The translations under genes were made by a program, and so were the position numbers. Of a stretch of 64,000 nt of DNA, positions 30,173-44,725 are shown piece by piece (positions within the stretch are counted from its first letter, which is position 1; each line of letters begins with the position of its first letter). The DNA comes from an uncultured Pseudomonadota bacterium (GTDB lineage Bacteria; UBA10199; JACPAL01; GCA-016699445). The DNA lies in assembly GCA_964555055.1 (NCBI GenBank), contig CAZKQW010000004.1, positions 145,674 to 209,673 on the forward strand. The letters are read 5' to 3'. The notes under the pieces were generated by a model. That model ran no database searches. It was not told where the DNA came from and saw only the letters and a program-made list of their open reading frames with translations.

Positions 30173-30691
30173 ATGAATAAGGAACAGAAATTTGCTGTAT
30201 CATCTGCTTTTTCTGAAAAGCTTAAAGGGGCGAAAGCCGTTATTCTTGCTGAATATCGTGGTCTCAAGGTGTCTCAGTTGACGGAGATTCGACAGGCTTT
30301 TCGTAAAAATGATTGTGAATTAAGGGTTGTTAAAAATCGTTTGGCTAAAAAGGCTATGTTGGGTTCTGAATGGTCTGTTTTAGATGCTCATTTGAAGGGT
30401 CCTTTGGCGATTGCTATTGCTTTAAAGGATCCGGTGGTGCTGGCTAAGACGTTGACTAAATTTGCCGAAGAAAACGAAGCCTTGAAGTTAAAGGCTGGTT
30501 GTTTGAATGGTAAAGTTTTAAGCGCTAAAGAGATTAGTGCGCTGTCGAAGTTGCCTTCTAAGGAGGAGTTGTATGCGAAAATGTTGGGTACTTTGATGGC
30601 GCCGATTCAGGGTGTGGTTCGTGCTTTGAATGGTGTCCCTCAGAAGTTGGCGATTGCCTTAAAAGAAATTTCACAAAAGAAAGCGTCATAA
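30173..30691 (+). CDS. rplJ: 50S ribosomal protein L10
   Basis: 172 aa, L10 position and sequence. Confidence 0.9.
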   Translation: MNKEQKFAVSSAFSEKLKGAKAVILAEYRGLKVSQLTEIRQAFRKNDCELRVVKNRLAKKAMLGSEWSVLDAHLKGPLAIAIALKDPVVLAKTLTKFAEENEALKLKAGCLNGKVLSAKEISALSKLPSKEELYAKMLGTLMAPIQGVVRALNGVPQKLAIALKEISQKKAS

Positions 30692-30715
30692 CGAATAGTT
30701 TAATAAGGAGGATGT

Positions 30716-31093
30716 ATGAGTGTGAGCCGACAGGATATCGTCGAAAGTTTAAAGCAAATGCCGCTTCTTGAAGTGGCTGAATTGGTCAAGGAGCTTGAGC
30801 AGGTATTTGGTGTATCTGCTGCGGCCCCTGTGATGGTGGCGGGTGGTGCTGCGGGCGTTGGTGCGGCTGCCGCTGAAGAGAAGACTGAATTTACGGTGGT
30901 CTTGGCTTCGGCTGGTGATAATAAAATTAATGTCATCAAGGAAGTTCGTACCATTACTGGCCTGGGTCTCAAGGAAGCCAAGGATCTCGTTGAGGGTGCT
31001 CCTAAGACGGTGAAGGAATCTGTGTCTAAGGAAGATGCTCAAAAGATCAAGGAAGCCATTGAGAAGGCTGGCGGTAAGGTTGAGATCAAGTAA
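30716..31093 (+). CDS. rplL: 50S ribosomal protein L7/L12
   Basis: Ala-rich hinge '[25 protein letters not shown]', C-terminal domain '...KAGGKVEIK'. Confidence 0.92.
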   Translation: MSVSRQDIVESLKQMPLLEVAELVKELEQVFGVSAAAPVMVAGGAAGVGAAAAEEKTEFTVVLASAGDNKINVIKEVRTITGLGLKEAKDLVEGAPKTVKESVSKEDAQKIKEAIEKAGGKVEIK

Positions 31094-31112
31094 GGTATTT
31101 GACCGAACAATC

Positions 31113-31179
31113 GGACGCTCCCGGTTTTAAGTAGCAAGGCTACTAAAGGCTGAGGAGCGTCCTGCGTTTATTTATTTTT
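31113..31179 (+). terminator. rplL-rpoB intergenic hairpin (GGACGCTCC ... GGAGCGTCC with inner GTAGC/GCTAC stem) + T-rich tract; probable attenuator
   Basis: 9-bp outer stem at 31113-31121 / 31154-31162, followed by TGCGTTTATTTATTTTT. Analogous to the classical rplL-rpoB attenuator position. Confidence 0.45.
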
Positions 31180-31193
31180 AAGGAGGTCTTCCC

Positions 31194-34100
31194 GTGTCGA
31201 TATCCATCCAGGACCGCATTCACCGGAGAAGTTTTGCTAAAATCGACGAGATCGTCTCGATTCCTAATTTGATTGAAATGCAAAAGAAGTCCTATCGGGA
31301 TTTTCTTCAAGAAGGGGTTTCCCCGGAGAAGCGTGTTAATGCGGGTCTCCAAGGTGTATTTAAAGGTGTTTTTCCTATTCGCGATTTCAATAACACGGCC
31401 TCTTTAGAGTTTGTTAGCTTCCATTTTGATAAGCCGAAATACGATGTTCGCGAGTGTCGTCAAAGGGGGATGACTTATTCGGCTCCTATGAGGGTTGTTA
31501 TTCGTTTGGTTGTTTGGGATGTGGATGCTACGACAGGAGTTCAGGCAATTCGTGATGTGAAAGAGCAGGAGGTTTATTTTGGTGAGATCCCCTTAATGAC
31601 GGATACGGGGACGTTTATTATTAACGGTACTGAGCGTGTTGTTGTTGCTCAGCTACATCGCTCCCCTGGGATTTTTTTTGAACATGACAAGGGAAAGACA
31701 CATGCCTCTGGTAAGTTGCTTTATTCTTCTAGAATTATTCCTTATCGCGGGTCTTGGTTGGATTTCGAGTTTGACCCTAAAGATATCTTGTATGTTCGTA
31801 TCGATCGGCGTCGCAAGTTACCGGCGACTATTTTACTGCGTGCTTTAGGGTACTCGGTCGAGGATATCCTTAATTATTTCTACCAAAGTGAAACTGTTTC
31901 AATAGAGTCCGGTAAGTTGAGTAAGTCGGTTGTTCCTGAGCTCCTCAGATTTCAAAAAACCCTGCGTGATATCCGGCACCCAAAAACGGGTGATGTGCTT
32001 GTGAAGGCTGGTAAGAAATTCACCCGCGTTTCCGTGGATAAGATCGTCGATGCCAAGATAAGAGAGATTCCTATTGAAGCCGAGGATGTCTTGGGGCGTG
32101 TTTCGTCCCATGATGTCATTGATAAAGGGACGGGAGAGGTTGTCTTGGCTTGTGGTGACGTGCTGACAGAAGAAAAGTTGGACGAAATTAAGAAGCGCAA
32201 GATTAAGGAGTTTGAGCTTCTTTTCATCGATAATTTAAATATCGGTGGTTATATCCGCAATACCCTTCTGATTGATAAGGTTGTGTCTCCGGACGAGGCT
32301 GTAATGGAAGTTTATAAGAGGCTTCGCCCTGGCGATCCGCCGACTCAGGAATCCGCCCGTAAATTTTTTGATAATCTCTTTTTCAATCCTGAAAAATATG
32401 ATCTTTCTAAAGTAGGGCGCTTAAAGATTAATCATAAGTTTAATTTTGATGTTAGTAACGATCTCACCGTCCTTCGTAAGGAGGATATTCTCGAGACTGT
32501 TCGTTATCTCTGTAATTTGAAAGATGGTAAAGGGCAGATTGATGATATTGATCATTTGGGAAACCGCCGCGTCCGTTCCGTCGGAGAATTGTTGGAAAAT
32601 CAGTATCGTATTGGTCTGGTGAGGATGGAGCGTGCGGTAAAGGAGAGGATGAGTATTCAAGACGTCGAAACGCTCATGCCCCATGACCTTGTGAATCCTA
32701 AGCCTGTCAGTGCTGTCGTGAAGGAGTTTTTTGGGTCCAGTCAATTGTCTCAATTTATGGATCAAACCAATCCGCTCTCCGAGGTCACTCATAAGAGACG
32801 CCTGTCGGCCCTTGGTCCAGGAGGTTTGACGCGTGAAAGGGCGGGCTTCGAAGTCCGAGACGTACATGCGACTCACTATGGACGTATTTGCCCCATCGAA
32901 ACTCCTGAAGGTCCAAATATCGGTTTGATCGCATCTCTCTCGGCTTTCGCTCGCGTGAATGATTTTGGCTTTATCGAAACTCCTTACCGTAAGGTCTCTG
33001 ATAAGCGTGTGACGGATGAGGTTGTCTATCTTTCGGCTCTCGAAGAGGAAAAGTATGTCATTGCACAGGCAAATGCTCAAACCGATAAAAAGGGCCATTT
33101 TACAACGGATTTGATCTCTTGCCGCAAGGCTGGTGAGTTCATGCTCATGCCGCCGGCTGAGGTCCAAATGATGGATGTGTCTCCGAACCAGCTTGTTAGT
33201 GTTGCAGCTGGATTGATTCCTTTCTTAGAGCATGACGATGCTAACCGCGCTCTCATGGGCTCCAATATGCAACGGCAGGCGGTTCCTCTTATCCGTACCG
33301 ATGCTCCTCTTGTTGGAACAGGTTTGGAAAGTATTGTCGCTAAAGATTCAGGGGTGACGGTTGTAGCAAAGAGGGACGGAGTTGTGCAATCCGTCGATTG
33401 TCTCCGCATCGTCGTGAAGCCTGAAAAGGTGAACCGTCGAGCCGGAGAAAGTGAAATCGACGTCTACGATCTGATCAAGTATCAGCGTTCCAACCAAAGC
33501 ACCTGTTTTAATCAAAAGCCCATCGTGAAGAGGGGTGATCGTGTCAGGGCGGGTGATCTTCTGGCGGACGGGCCAGCAACGATGTTGGGAGATCTGGCTT
33601 TGGGTCAAAACGTCATGGTCGCCTTCATGCCATGGGGTGGCTGTAACTTCGAAGACTCGATCCTTGTTAGCGAGAGGTTGGTAAAGGAAGATATTTTCAC
33701 GAGCATCCACATCGAAGAGTTTGAGTGTGTCGCTCGGGATACGAAGTTAGGAAAAGAAGAAATGACCCGGGATATTCCCAATCTCGGGGATGAAGCTTTG
33801 GCCAATCTCGACGAAAGCGGTATTGTGCGTATTGGTGCCGAAGTGAAGCCCGGTGACATCCTTGTCGGAAAAATCACGCCACAAGGTGAAACCCAATTAT
33901 CACCTGAGGAAAAGCTGTTGAGGGCTATTTTCGGCGAAAAAGCCGGGAACGTAAAGGACACTTCCTTAAGAGTTCCGCCGGGCGTTTTTGGGACTATTAT
34001 TAGTGCCCAAGTTTTTTCGCGTGAAGGTGTCGAGTTGGATGATCGGGCCAAAGAAATACAGGGCCAGGAAGCGGAAAAATTCACTAAAGACCGCGAGGAA

Positions 34101-35309
34101 GAGGCTAAGGCAATCCAAGAGAGTATGAAGAAGCGCTTAAAAGCTCTTCTTGTGGGCAAGACGGCCACCTCTAAAGTTATGGATGAAGAGTCGGGCAAAA
34201 CTCTTTTGCACAAGGGGAAAGCTATTACGGAAAGTATGTTGGATGAGCTTCCTGCTGATAAATGGGCCGAGATCAGCGTTGGTGACGAGGATTTGGAAGA
34301 GCAAATCTCAGAACTCATCGAAGCTCTAGAAGAGCAAGTCGAGCTCGTGCGCATGATGTATGATCAAAAGGTGTCTAAGCTCAGCAAAGGGGATGAGTTG
34401 CCTCCAGGCGTCATTAAGATCGTGAAGACTTATATCGCGATCAAGAGAAAGCTTTCCGTCGGCGACAAAATGGCTGGCCGCCATGGAAATAAGGGGGTTA
34501 TCTCGCGCGTATTGCCGGTGGAAGATATGCCCTATCTTCCCGATGGGACGCCCGTGGACCTCGTTTTGAATCCTTTAGGTGTGCCGTCGCGTATGAATAT
34601 CGGTCAGATCTTAGAGACGCATTTAGGTTGGGCTGCCAAGGGTATGGGGCAGAGGATTGGTCAAATCTTGGAGAAAAACTATAGTAAGGAAAATATCCGC
34701 GCCTATCTCCATAAAATTTTCCATGGAAACAAAAAAGTGGAGGATATGATCGAGGAGATGAGTGAGAAGGATCTCAAGGGATTCGCTGAAAATTTGAAGG
34801 AAGGTGTCTTTGCCGCATCTCCCGTTTTCGACGGCGCTCATGAGTCTGAAATTAAAGAAGCCTTTCAATTGGCGGAACTGCCCACTTCGGGACAAACAGT
34901 TCTCTTCGATGGAAGAACGGGCGATGCCTTCGACCATCATGTCACTGTCGGTATCATGTACATGTTGAAACTGCACCACTTAGTCGATGACAAGGTGCAT
35001 GCCCGTTCCATTGGCCCTTATTCTCTCGTAACGCAGCAACCGCTTGGCGGTAAGGCGCAGTTCGGCGGCCAAAGACTTGGTGAAATGGAAGTATGGGCAA
35101 TGGAAGCCTATGGAGCCGCCTATACGCTGCAGGAATTCCTCACGGTTAAATCCGACGACGTCATTGGTCGTACCCGCATGTACGAAATGATTGTCAAGGG
35201 CGACAAGGGCTTCGAGCCCGGTTTGCCGGAATCCTTCAAGGTGTTGACGAAGGAGCTGCAGTCTTTGGGGCTTAACGTCGAACTTTTAGAGAATACGGAG
35301 AACGTATGA
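31194..35309 (+). CDS. rpoB: DNA-directed RNA polymerase subunit beta (GTG start)
   Basis: 1371 aa, RBS AAGGAGG, conserved rpoB blocks (e.g. '[13 protein letters not shown]', '[12 protein letters not shown]'). Confidence 0.97.
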   Translation: MSISIQDRIHRRSFAKIDEIVSIPNLIEMQKKSYRDFLQEGVSPEKRVNAGLQGVFKGVFPIRDFNNTASLEFVSFHFDKPKYDVRECRQRGMTYSAPMRVVIRLVVWDVDATTGVQAIRDVKEQEVYFGEIPLMTDTGTFIINGTERVVVAQLHRSPGIFFEHDKGKTHASGKLLYSSRIIPYRGSWLDFEFDPKDILYVRIDRRRKLPATILLRALGYSVEDILNYFYQSETVSIESGKLSKSVVPELLRFQKTLRDIRHPKTGDVLVKAGKKFTRVSVDKIVDAKIREIPIEAEDVLGRVSSHDVIDKGTGEVVLACGDVLTEEKLDEIKKRKIKEFELLFIDNLNIGGYIRNTLLIDKVVSPDEAVMEVYKRLRPGDPPTQESARKFFDNLFFNPEKYDLSKVGRLKINHKFNFDVSNDLTVLRKEDILETVRYLCNLKDGKGQIDDIDHLGNRRVRSVGELLENQYRIGLVRMERAVKERMSIQDVETLMPHDLVNPKPVSAVVKEFFGSSQLSQFMDQTNPLSEVTHKRRLSALGPGGLTRERAGFEVRDVHATHYGRICPIETPEGPNIGLIASLSAFARVNDFGFIETPYRKVSDKRVTDEVVYLSALEEEKYVIAQANAQTDKKGHFTTDLISCRKAGEFMLMPPAEVQMMDVSPNQLVSVAAGLIPFLEHDDANRALMGSNMQRQAVPLIRTDAPLVGTGLESIVAKDSGVTVVAKRDGVVQSVDCLRIVVKPEKVNRRAGESEIDVYDLIKYQRSNQSTCFNQKPIVKRGDRVRAGDLLADGPATMLGDLALGQNVMVAFMPWGGCNFEDSILVSERLVKEDIFTSIHIEEFECVARDTKLGKEEMTRDIPNLGDEALANLDESGIVRIGAEVKPGDILVGKITPQGETQLSPEEKLLRAIFGEKAGNVKDTSLRVPPGVFGTIISAQVFSREGVELDDRAKEIQGQEAEKFTKDREEEAKAIQESMKKRLKALLVGKTATSKVMDEESGKTLLHKGKAITESMLDELPADKWAEISVGDEDLEEQISELIEALEEQVELVRMMYDQKVSKLSKGDELPPGVIKIVKTYIAIKRKLSVGDKMAGRHGNKGVISRVLPVEDMPYLPDGTPVDLVLNPLGVPSRMNIGQILETHLGWAAKGMGQRIGQILEKNYSKENIRAYLHKIFHGNKKVEDMIEEMSEKDLKGFAENLKEGVFAASPVFDGAHESEIKEAFQLAELPTSGQTVLFDGRTGDAFDHHVTVGIMYMLKLHHLVDDKVHARSIGPYSLVTQQPLGGKAQFGGQRLGEMEVWAMEAYGAAYTLQEFLTVKSDDVIGRTRMYEMIVKGDKGFEPGLPESFKVLTKELQSLGLNVELLENTENV

Positions 35310-38300
35310 GCGAAATTTTCAATTTCTTCGAAAAGCCGAAAGATCCCATCAGCTACACGGGCGTGAAGATCACGATTGCTTCCTCAGATAAGATTCTGGA
35401 GTGGAGCCATGGGGAAGTAAAAAAGCCGGAGACCATCAATTACCGTACTTTTAAACCGGAGCGTGACGGTCTTTTCTGCGCGAAGATCTTCGGTCCTGTG
35501 AAGGATTACGAGTGTAATTGCGGCAAATATAAGCGCATGAAGCACAGGGGTATCATCTGCGAAAAGTGCGGTGTTGAGGTCATCTCTTCACGCGTGCGTC
35601 GCGAAAGAATGGGACATATCACGTTGGCGTCTCCCGTTGCCCATATATGGTTCTTGAAGAGCTTACCTTCCCGTATCGGAACCATGCTCGATATGACTCT
35701 TAAGGATTTGGAGAAGGTTCTTTACTGCGAAGCGTATGTGGTGACGGATCCCGGTAGCACGGAGTTAGTGGAAGGTGAGATCATTACTGAAGCCCGCTAT
35801 CAAAAGATGAAGGCTGAATATGGTAATAAATTCGTCGCGGGTATCGGCGGCGAGGTCGTAAGGGACATGTTGCGCAAGATCGATTTGGACGAATTAGCTA
35901 AGAAGCTCCGTAAGAGCGTGGTTGCCACGAAATCTGAGGCGACACGTAAAAAAATCTCCCGGCGCCTGAAATTAATCGAATCCTTGATCAAATCCGGGAA
36001 CAAGGCTGACTGGATGATGTTGGATGTGATTCCCGTTTTGCCGCCGGACTTAAGGCCTTTGGTTCCTTTGGATGGTGGTCGTTTCGCGACCTCTGATTTG
36101 AATGATCTCTACCGCCGTGTCATTAACCGTAACAATCGCTTAAAGCGCTTAATGGAGCTTAACGCCCCCGACATTATTATCCGAAACGAAAAAAGGATGC
36201 TTCAAGAGGCTGTCGATGCCCTTTTTGATAACGGTCGGCGTGGCAAGGTTTTTACGGGTCCAAATAAGCGCCCCCTCCGTTCTCTTTCCGACATGCTGAA
36301 AGGAAAGCAGGGACGCTTCCGTCAAAACCTCTTGGGTAAGCGCGTTGACTATTCCGGTCGCTCCGTCATCGTCGTTGGTCCGGAGTTGCGTTTGCATCAG
36401 TGTGGATTGCCGAAGGTAATGGCTCTGGAGCTTTTCAAGCCATTCATTTATCAAAAGCTCGAGGAGAGGGGATATGTCTCCACGATCAAAGGTGCTAAGA
36501 AAATGGTCGAGAAGGAACGCCCCGAAGTTTGGGATGTCCTGGAAGAGGTGATCAAAGAGCATCCGGTGCTTTTGAACCGCGCACCGACCCTTCACCGCTT
36601 AGGCATTCAGGCTTTTGAGCCGGTTTTAATCGAAGGAAAAGCTATTCAGTTGCATCCCCTCGTATGCACCGCCTTTAATGCTGATTTCGACGGTGACCAA
36701 ATGGCGGTTCACGTTCCACTTTCCGTGGAGGCTCAGATTGAAGCTCGGGTTTTGATGATGAGTACTAATAATATTCTTTCACCTGCCAGCGGTAAGCCTA
36801 TCATCGTGCCTTCCCAGGATATGGTTTTAGGAATCTATTACCTAACGCGTGAGATGCCCTTTGCTCGTGGGGAGGGAAAAATCTTTTCGTCTCCGGATGA
36901 AGTCCGGATCGCTTATGATGCCGGAGAACTAGATCTTCACGCACGTATCAAAGTCCGCATCGATGACGTTCGTTATGATACAACGGCAGGACGTGTTTTG
37001 TTGTTTGAGATTGTCCCTGCGGGTATTCCTTTTGAACTCACCAATAAAGTCATGGATAAAAAGTCCATCGCCGACTTGGTCGAGCAATGCTACCGTGTAG
37101 CCGGCAATAAATCGACGGTACTTTTGGCCGACCATCTAAAGGATTTGGGGTTTGCCGCAGCCGCTAAGGCCGGCATCTCAATCAGTATTGATGATATGAA
37201 GATCCCGACGGCCAAAGATAAGCTCTTACAGAGCGCTAATAAGGAAGTGCGGGATATCGAGACTCAATACCAAGATGGTTTAATTACCTCTGGAGAGAAG
37301 TACAATAAGGTCATCGATATTTGGGCTCAGACGACGGAAGAAATCTCCAAAGAGATGATGAAGGAAATCTCTCGTGAGACCATTGAAGGCGAAAACCAGG
37401 AGAAAAAAGAAATCTTAAGCTTCAACCCCGTCTTTATCATGTCAGATTCCGGAGCCCGTGGTTCTGCTCAGCAGATGAGGCAGTTGGCTGGGATGCGCGG
37501 CTTGATGGCCAAGCCTTCTGGCGAAATCATTGAGACGCCAATCACCGCTAATTTCCGCGAGGGGTTGACCGTGTTGCAATACTTTATTTCCACTCACGGA
37601 GCCCGTAAAGGATTGGCCGATACCGCTTTAAAGACGGCGAATTCTGGATACCTAACACGCCGCTTGGTCGACGTCTCTCAGGATATGATTGTTTTAGAGG
37701 AAGATTGTGGTACGTTGGATGGCATCGAAGTTAGCGCCTTGATCGAAGGCGGCGAAATCATCGAACCCATGGGGACCCGCATCTTGGGTCGCGTGGCTCT
37801 CGAAGATATTGTGGACCCTTACACAGGGGAGACAATTGTCGAGGCCGGTCAAGAGATCACGGAAGCTCTCGTGCCTCGGATTGAGAATTCCGGATTAGAA
37901 AAGGTGAAGATACGTTCCGGTTTAACCTGTCAAGCAACTCGCGGCATCTGTATTAAATGCTACGGTCGTGATTTAGCCCGTGGTCAAATGGTCAATATTG
38001 GAGAGGCTGTCGGTGTTATCGCAGCACAATCCATCGGTGAGCCAGGAACACAGCTCACGATGCGGACTTTCCATATCGGTGGAGCCGCTTCTCGTCGTGT
38101 CGAACAGACCTCTTTGGAATCTCGTAGCGAAGGGGTCGTCAAGTTCCACGGATTGAAATCAGTTACGAATAAGGAAAAAACCCTGACCGTCATGAATCGG
38201 AACGGTGAAATCGCCATCATGGATCATGAAGGTCGTGAGCGTGAGAAATACCAAGTCATTTATGGGGCCAAGCTTTTGGTGAAGGATGGTGATACAGTAA

Positions 38301-39427
38301 AGAAGGGTCAGATGCTGGCCGAATGGGATCCTTATACAACGCCCATCCTTACGGAAGTTGCAGGTCATGTGAAGTTCGGCGACATCGTTGAAGGAACGTC
38401 CATGCAGGAGCAAGTCGATGAAGTGACGGGCCTTTCCCGTAAGGTGGTCACCGAGTCCAAGGACCCGGATTTGAGGCCGCGTATTTCCATTAAAGACGCC
38501 GAAGCGAAGGGAGCCACGAAGAAGATCGCGGGTACGGAGCGCGAAGCCCGTTACCTATTGCCGGTCGGCGCCAATATCGTCGTCGCGGAAGGTCAAGAAG
38601 TAGTCGCTGGTGATATCATCGCCAAAATCCCTCGTGAAACGACGAAGACAAAGGATATCACCGGAGGTCTTCCCCGCGTGGCCGAACTTTTTGAGGCTCG
38701 GAAACCTAAAGAAACGGCAATTATCAGTGAGGTCGATGGTTACGTTTCCTTCGGTAAAGACACGAAGGGTAAGAGAAAGGTCTTAATCAAGCCCGAGACG
38801 GGCGATGCCATCGAGTATTTGATTCCCCGCGGCAAGCACATCGGCGTACATGAGGGAGACTTTATCCGTGCTGGTGAGCCTTTAATGGATGGAGCGGCCA
38901 ATCCGCACGATATTCTTAAGGTTTTAGGTGCGAAGGCTTTGGCTAAATATTTAGTAGACGAAATTCAAGAAGTGTACCGTCTCCAAGGTGTTAAGATTAA
39001 CGATAAACACATCGAAGTCATCGTGCGTCAAATGTTGAGAAAGGTGCGAATCAAGGAAGTGGGTGACACGGATTTCTTGGAAGACGACACGGTGGATAAG
39101 GCCGACTTCGAAGAAGAAAATGAACGCATCAAAAAGAAGGGGAGTGCTCCGGCAACTGGAGAATCGATTCTCCTTGGAATCACAAAAGCCTCCCTATCGA
39201 CGGACAGCTTCATTTCCGCTGCATCCTTCCAAGAAACCACGAAGGTGCTCACGGAAGCGTCCGTGTGTGGTAGTGTGGATATCCTTCGTGGACTTAAAGA
39301 AAATGTCATTATGGGGCGCCTGATCCCCGCTGGGACTGGACTCATGAGGTATAAGAGTTTGAAACTTGAAACGGAGAACTTGGATTTGCCTGAGGAAGGA
39401 GACTTTGCCCTGGGAGAAACGGCCTAA
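35306..39427 (+). CDS. rpoC: DNA-directed RNA polymerase subunit beta'
   Basis: 1373 aa, zinc-binding '[20 protein letters not shown]', catalytic 'NADFDGDQM'. Confidence 0.97.
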   Translation: MSEIFNFFEKPKDPISYTGVKITIASSDKILEWSHGEVKKPETINYRTFKPERDGLFCAKIFGPVKDYECNCGKYKRMKHRGIICEKCGVEVISSRVRRERMGHITLASPVAHIWFLKSLPSRIGTMLDMTLKDLEKVLYCEAYVVTDPGSTELVEGEIITEARYQKMKAEYGNKFVAGIGGEVVRDMLRKIDLDELAKKLRKSVVATKSEATRKKISRRLKLIESLIKSGNKADWMMLDVIPVLPPDLRPLVPLDGGRFATSDLNDLYRRVINRNNRLKRLMELNAPDIIIRNEKRMLQEAVDALFDNGRRGKVFTGPNKRPLRSLSDMLKGKQGRFRQNLLGKRVDYSGRSVIVVGPELRLHQCGLPKVMALELFKPFIYQKLEERGYVSTIKGAKKMVEKERPEVWDVLEEVIKEHPVLLNRAPTLHRLGIQAFEPVLIEGKAIQLHPLVCTAFNADFDGDQMAVHVPLSVEAQIEARVLMMSTNNILSPASGKPIIVPSQDMVLGIYYLTREMPFARGEGKIFSSPDEVRIAYDAGELDLHARIKVRIDDVRYDTTAGRVLLFEIVPAGIPFELTNKVMDKKSIADLVEQCYRVAGNKSTVLLADHLKDLGFAAAAKAGISISIDDMKIPTAKDKLLQSANKEVRDIETQYQDGLITSGEKYNKVIDIWAQTTEEISKEMMKEISRETIEGENQEKKEILSFNPVFIMSDSGARGSAQQMRQLAGMRGLMAKPSGEIIETPITANFREGLTVLQYFISTHGARKGLADTALKTANSGYLTRRLVDVSQDMIVLEEDCGTLDGIEVSALIEGGEIIEPMGTRILGRVALEDIVDPYTGETIVEAGQEITEALVPRIENSGLEKVKIRSGLTCQATRGICIKCYGRDLARGQMVNIGEAVGVIAAQSIGEPGTQLTMRTFHIGGAASRRVEQTSLESRSEGVVKFHGLKSVTNKEKTLTVMNRNGEIAIMDHEGREREKYQVIYGAKLLVKDGDTVKKGQMLAEWDPYTTPILTEVAGHVKFGDIVEGTSMQEQVDEVTGLSRKVVTESKDPDLRPRISIKDAEAKGATKKIAGTEREARYLLPVGANIVVAEGQEVVAGDIIAKIPRETTKTKDITGGLPRVAELFEARKPKETAIISEVDGYVSFGKDTKGKRKVLIKPETGDAIEYLIPRGKHIGVHEGDFIRAGEPLMDGAANPHDILKVLGAKALAKYLVDEIQEVYRLQGVKINDKHIEVIVRQMLRKVRIKEVGDTDFLEDDTVDKADFEEENERIKKKGSAPATGESILLGITKASLSTDSFISAASFQETTKVLTEASVCGSVDILRGLKENVIMGRLIPAGTGLMRYKSLKLETENLDLPEEGDFALGETA

Positions 39428-39502
39428 GCGAGTCAAAGATCGATCCAAAAGTCTTTGACAGCGTTAGGAGCGTTTGTTAGCAGGAGCAACTTTTTTAAAA
39501 TT

Positions 39503-39874
39503 ATGCCCACTATTAACCAGCTTGTCCGACATGGACGTGAACAATTAGCGAACCGAACGACAGCCCCTGCCTTGGCGAATTGCCCTCAAAAACGGGGAGT
39601 CTGTGTCCGTGTTTATACTACAACCCCTAAGAAACCAAATTCAGCCTTGCGTAAGGTCGCTCGTGTAAGATTGACCAATGGAATCGAGGTTTCAGCTTAT
39701 ATTCCGGGAGAGGGGCATAACCTCCAAGAGCACTCTGTAGTCTTGGTGAGAGGTGGTCGCGTGAAGGATTTGCCGGGTGTGCGTTATCACATCGTCCGTG
39801 GGACTTTGGATACGACCGGTGTTGAAAAGAGAAAAAAGAGTCGTTCCAAATACGGAACCAAACAACCCAAGTAA
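39503..39874 (+). CDS. rpsL: 30S ribosomal protein S12
   Basis: [14 protein letters not shown]... '[16 protein letters not shown]'. The ORF-track start 39455 is an upstream extension. Confidence 0.92.
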   Translation: MPTINQLVRHGREQLANRTTAPALANCPQKRGVCVRVYTTTPKKPNSALRKVARVRLTNGIEVSAYIPGEGHNLQEHSVVLVRGGRVKDLPGVRYHIVRGTLDTTGVEKRKKSRSKYGTKQPK

Positions 39875-39894
39875 GGGGTATTAGGTAGATTTTT

Positions 39895-40365
39895 ATGGCA
39901 AGAAAAGGTCAGACACAAAAGCGCGACATCCTTCCCGATCCGAAGTTCAAGGATAAGCTCGTTTCCAAGCTTATCAATAAGATCATGCTGCAGGGTAAAA
40001 AGCCTGCGGCCGAGAAGATCGTCTACGAAGCCTTCAATCTCGTAAGCGAAAAGACCAAAGATGATCCTTTAAAGGTCTTCAAGGAATCCCTGGAGAACAT
40101 CAAGCCCATGCTGGAGGTTCGTTCCCGTCGCGTGGGCGGTGCGACGTACCAAGTTCCGATGGAAGTGCGTCCCGATCGTAAGGTGTCGTTGGGGCTCCGT
40201 TGGCTCGTTCTTCACGCGCGTGAGCGTGGGGAGAAGTCGATGGAAGAGAAGTTGGCCGGTGAAATCCTCGATGCCTTGCAAAAGCGCGGCGGTTCCATCA
40301 AGAAGCGCGAGGACGTCCATCGCATGGCGGAAGCCAACCGTGCGTTCGCCCATTATCGCTGGTAA
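39895..40365 (+). CDS. rpsG: 30S ribosomal protein S7
   Basis: 156 aa, '[11 protein letters not shown]...'. Confidence 0.92.
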   Translation: MARKGQTQKRDILPDPKFKDKLVSKLINKIMLQGKKPAAEKIVYEAFNLVSEKTKDDPLKVFKESLENIKPMLEVRSRRVGGATYQVPMEVRPDRKVSLGLRWLVLHARERGEKSMEEKLAGEILDALQKRGGSIKKREDVHRMAEANRAFAHYRW

Positions 40366-40384
40366 CTTAAGGTGTTTTTAAAGA

Positions 40385-40418
40385 GGGGCAGGGTCAAACC
40401 TGCCCCTTATTTATTTTT
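40385..40418 (+). terminator. hairpin GGGGCAGG-gtcaaa-CCTGCCCC + TTATTTATTTTT immediately upstream of fusA ATG; candidate intra-operon attenuator
   Basis: Perfect 8-bp GC-rich stem at 40385-40406 and a 12-nt T-rich run ending at the fusA start codon. Confidence 0.45.
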
Positions 40419-42515
40419 ATGTCCGATGGTTCGTCCCATTCAAGCCCGCTGAGCCGTACCAGGAATATCGGCATCATCGCCCATATCGATGCGGGGAAGA
40501 CGACGACGACGGAACGCATTCTCTTTTACACCGGGACCAACCATAAGATTGGTGAAGTGGACGAAGGGACGGCAACCATGGATTGGATGCCCCAAGAGCA
40601 GGAGCGGGGAATCACGATCACGTCCGCGGCGACGACGTGTTTTTGGGAGGGTCGTCGCATCAATATCATTGATACGCCGGGGCATGTCGATTTCACGATC
40701 GAGGTCGAGCGGTCTCTGCGGGTTTTAGACGGGGCTGTCGGTGTTTTCTGCGGTGTTTCCGGGGTGCAGCCCCAGTCGGAGACGGTGTGGCGTCAAGCGA
40801 ATCGATACAAAGTGCCGCGCATCGCCTTCGTGAATAAAATGGATCGGATCGGCGCCGACTTTTTCGCTGCCGTCCAATCCATGAAGGACAGATTGGGCGC
40901 GAACCCGGTGCCTTTCACGCTGCCGATCGGCTCCGAGGATAATTTTCGGGGCGTCGTCGGATTATTGAGGAAGAAGGCTTTTCTGTTCGATGAAGCCTCG
41001 CAAGGATTGAAGATCCAAGAGATCGATGTGCCCGAAGACATGCTCGAAACCGTCGAGGAGTACCGGGAGAGGCTGATCGAAGAGGTCGCCTCCCACGATG
41101 ACGTCTTGATGGATCGTTACCTCGGCGGGCAGTCCCTTTCGGAGGAGGAAATCCTGGCAGGCGCCCGGAGAGCAACGATCGGTCTGAAGATGACTCCGGT
41201 TTTTTGCGGGTCTTCGTTCAAGAATAAGGGTGTGCAGTTGCTATTGGACGGCGTCGTGGATTTGCTGCCGTCGCCTCTGGATGTCCCTCCGATTCAAGGG
41301 TGGCAGCCGGGCGATAAAGATAAAGTCTTGGAGAGGAAGACGAACGTCGAAGAACCTTTCGCGGCTTTGGCGTTCAAGATTATGAATGATCCCTTCGTCG
41401 GAAGTCTCACGTACTTCCGCGTGTATTCGGGATCGCTCAAGAGCGGGACGTATTTTTACAATTCGACGAAGGGTAAAAGGGAGCGCGTGAGCCGCCTTTT
41501 GCGGATGCACGCGAACCGCCGCGAGGAAATCGAAGAAGTGAGCGCCGGAGACATAGCCGCCGTCGTCGGGTTGAAGCAGACGACGACGGGGGATACGATG
41601 TGCGAAGAGGGAAGGCCCATCGTGCTGGAGTCGATGGAGTTCCCGAATCCCGTGATCTCGGTGGCGATCGAGCCGAAGACGAACGCCGACCAGGATAAAT
41701 TAGCGGCATCGTTAAATCGATTGGCCATGGAGGATCCCTCCTTCAGGATGAAGGTCGATGTAGAAACGGGGCAGACGATCATTTCGGGGATGGGTGAACT
41801 TCACCTCGAGATCATCGTCGATCGGTTGTTGCGAGAGTTCAAAGTAGCCGCCAACGTGGGTAAACCCCAGGTGGCCTACCGAGAAACGTTTTTAGGAACG
41901 GTCGAGGCGGAGCATAAATATATCCGCCAAACCGGAGGTCGGGGCCAGTACGGACACGTCGCGCTGAAAGTGGAACCCCTCGAGCGGGGCAAGGGGAATG
42001 AGATTGTCGATGCGACCGTCGGCGGCGTCATTCCGAAAGAGTTTTTGCCGGCCGTCCGTAAGGGGATCGAAGAGTCCCTCGAAACCGGATTCTTGGTGGG
42101 ATACCCGATCGTCGATGTGAAGGTGACGATCCTGGGTGGTTCGTTCCATGAGGTGGATTCGTCGGAAATCGCCTTTAAAATAGCGGCTTCCTTGGCGATG
42201 CGAGAAGCTTCGGAGAAGGCCGGAATTTTATTGCTCGAACCGATGATGAAGCTTGAAGTTACCGTTCCGGAAGAGTATGTGGGCGCCGCCGTCGGGGACC
42301 TCAACGCACGGCGCGGGCGGATCGTGAAGTCGGGAATCGTCGCCGGCTACCAAGTGGTCGATGCCCATGTTCCCTTGGCGAAGATGTTCGGATACGCGAC
42401 GGATCTCCGTTCTCTGACTCAGGGGCGAGGGACGTTTACGATGGAGTTTGATAGTTACGAGGTGGTGCCGAGGAATATTGCGGACGAAATTATAGCAAAA
42501 ATACAAGGAAGGTAA
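40419..42515 (+). CDS. fusA: elongation factor G
   Basis: '[19 protein letters not shown]', 698 aa. Confidence 0.97.
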   Translation: MSDGSSHSSPLSRTRNIGIIAHIDAGKTTTTERILFYTGTNHKIGEVDEGTATMDWMPQEQERGITITSAATTCFWEGRRINIIDTPGHVDFTIEVERSLRVLDGAVGVFCGVSGVQPQSETVWRQANRYKVPRIAFVNKMDRIGADFFAAVQSMKDRLGANPVPFTLPIGSEDNFRGVVGLLRKKAFLFDEASQGLKIQEIDVPEDMLETVEEYRERLIEEVASHDDVLMDRYLGGQSLSEEEILAGARRATIGLKMTPVFCGSSFKNKGVQLLLDGVVDLLPSPLDVPPIQGWQPGDKDKVLERKTNVEEPFAALAFKIMNDPFVGSLTYFRVYSGSLKSGTYFYNSTKGKRERVSRLLRMHANRREEIEEVSAGDIAAVVGLKQTTTGDTMCEEGRPIVLESMEFPNPVISVAIEPKTNADQDKLAASLNRLAMEDPSFRMKVDVETGQTIISGMGELHLEIIVDRLLREFKVAANVGKPQVAYRETFLGTVEAEHKYIRQTGGRGQYGHVALKVEPLERGKGNEIVDATVGGVIPKEFLPAVRKGIEESLETGFLVGYPIVDVKVTILGGSFHEVDSSEIAFKIAASLAMREASEKAGILLLEPMMKLEVTVPEEYVGAAVGDLNARRGRIVKSGIVAGYQVVDAHVPLAKMFGYATDLRSLTQGRGTFTMEFDSYEVVPRNIADEIIAKIQGR

Positions 42516-42520
42516 AACTT

Positions 42521-43711
<1,191 letters not shown>

Positions 43712-43731
43712 AGGAGTTTTAAGGAATTTTT

Positions 43732-44052
43732 ATGGATTACGAAAAAGGTCCCAAAATCAGAATACGCCTCAAAGGCTTCGATTATAGGCTTCTAGACACG
43801 TCGACGGGTGAAATCGTCGAAACCGTCCGCAGGACGGGAGGTCATATCGCGGGTCCCATCCCGTTACCGACCAAGATCGAGCGCTATTGCGTCTTGCGTT
43901 CCCCACACGTGGATAAGAAGTCGCGCGAGCAATTCGAAGTGCGTACGCACAAGAGGATGCTTGATATCCTCGAGCCCACCCAACAAACGATCGATGCGCT
44001 GATGAAGCTCGAGCTTTCCGCCGGCGTGGAAGTCGAAATTAAAATGATGTGA
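43732..44052 (+). CDS. rpsJ: 30S ribosomal protein S10
   Basis: '[15 protein letters not shown]'. Confidence 0.92.
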   Translation: MDYEKGPKIRIRLKGFDYRLLDTSTGEIVETVRRTGGHIAGPIPLPTKIERYCVLRSPHVDKKSREQFEVRTHKRMLDILEPTQQTIDALMKLELSAGVEVEIKMM

Positions 44053-44059
44053 GTCTATT

Positions 44060-44695
44060 ATGGCAGATATTCTCGGTAAAAAAATCGGAATGACGCAGGT
44101 ATTCGACGAAAAGGGTGACGCGGTTTCTGTCACCGTCGTGCAGGCGGGTCCTTGCGTGGTCGTTCAAAGAAAAACCAAGGCGAAAGATGGTTACGACGCC
44201 ATTCAGGTGGGTTTCGACGAGTTGCCGGAATCCAAGGCGAAGAAAAAGAGTAAGCCTCTTTTGAGCCACTATCAAAAGAAGGGCGTGAAGCCGCAGCGTT
44301 TCCTGCAGGAGTTTCGGGTATCTGCCGATGCGGCTTTCGAGGTGGGTCAGCGGTTGACCGTCGAGATTTTCAAGGCGGGTGAGATTGTGAATGTTTCTGG
44401 GGTCTCGAAAGGTAAGGGGTTTGCAGGTGTCATCAAGAGGCATGGTAAGGCGGGCGGTCCGGCGACTCACGGTTCCCGTTTTCACCGCTCCACCGGCTCC
44501 ATCGGGCAAAGGACTTCTCCCGGTGAGGTTTTCAAAAACATGAAATTGCCTGGGCATTTGGGTTCCGAAAAAGTGACCGTGAAAAAGTTGAGGGTTGTTG
44601 AGGTTCGGCCTCAAGACCATTTGATTTTCATTCGGGGTGCCGTGCCGGGAGGTGTGAATAACCTCCTGTCGATCCGTTCCGAAAAAACAGCCTAA
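44060..44695 (+). CDS. rplC: 50S ribosomal protein L3
   Basis: 'GMTQVFDEKGDAVSVTVVQAG'. Confidence 0.92.
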   Translation: MADILGKKIGMTQVFDEKGDAVSVTVVQAGPCVVVQRKTKAKDGYDAIQVGFDELPESKAKKKSKPLLSHYQKKGVKPQRFLQEFRVSADAAFEVGQRLTVEIFKAGEIVNVSGVSKGKGFAGVIKRHGKAGGPATHGSRFHRSTGSIGQRTSPGEVFKNMKLPGHLGSEKVTVKKLRVVEVRPQDHLIFIRGAVPGGVNNLLSIRSEKTA

Positions 44696-44725
44696 CGATT
44701 CTCTATCATATTATAAGGATGATTT

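Noticed and set aside
32421-34354. Large minus-strand ORFs inside rpoB (248 aa, 249 aa) and inside fusA/rpoC
   Set aside because: These are shadow ORFs antisense to highly conserved essential genes, with no independent signals.
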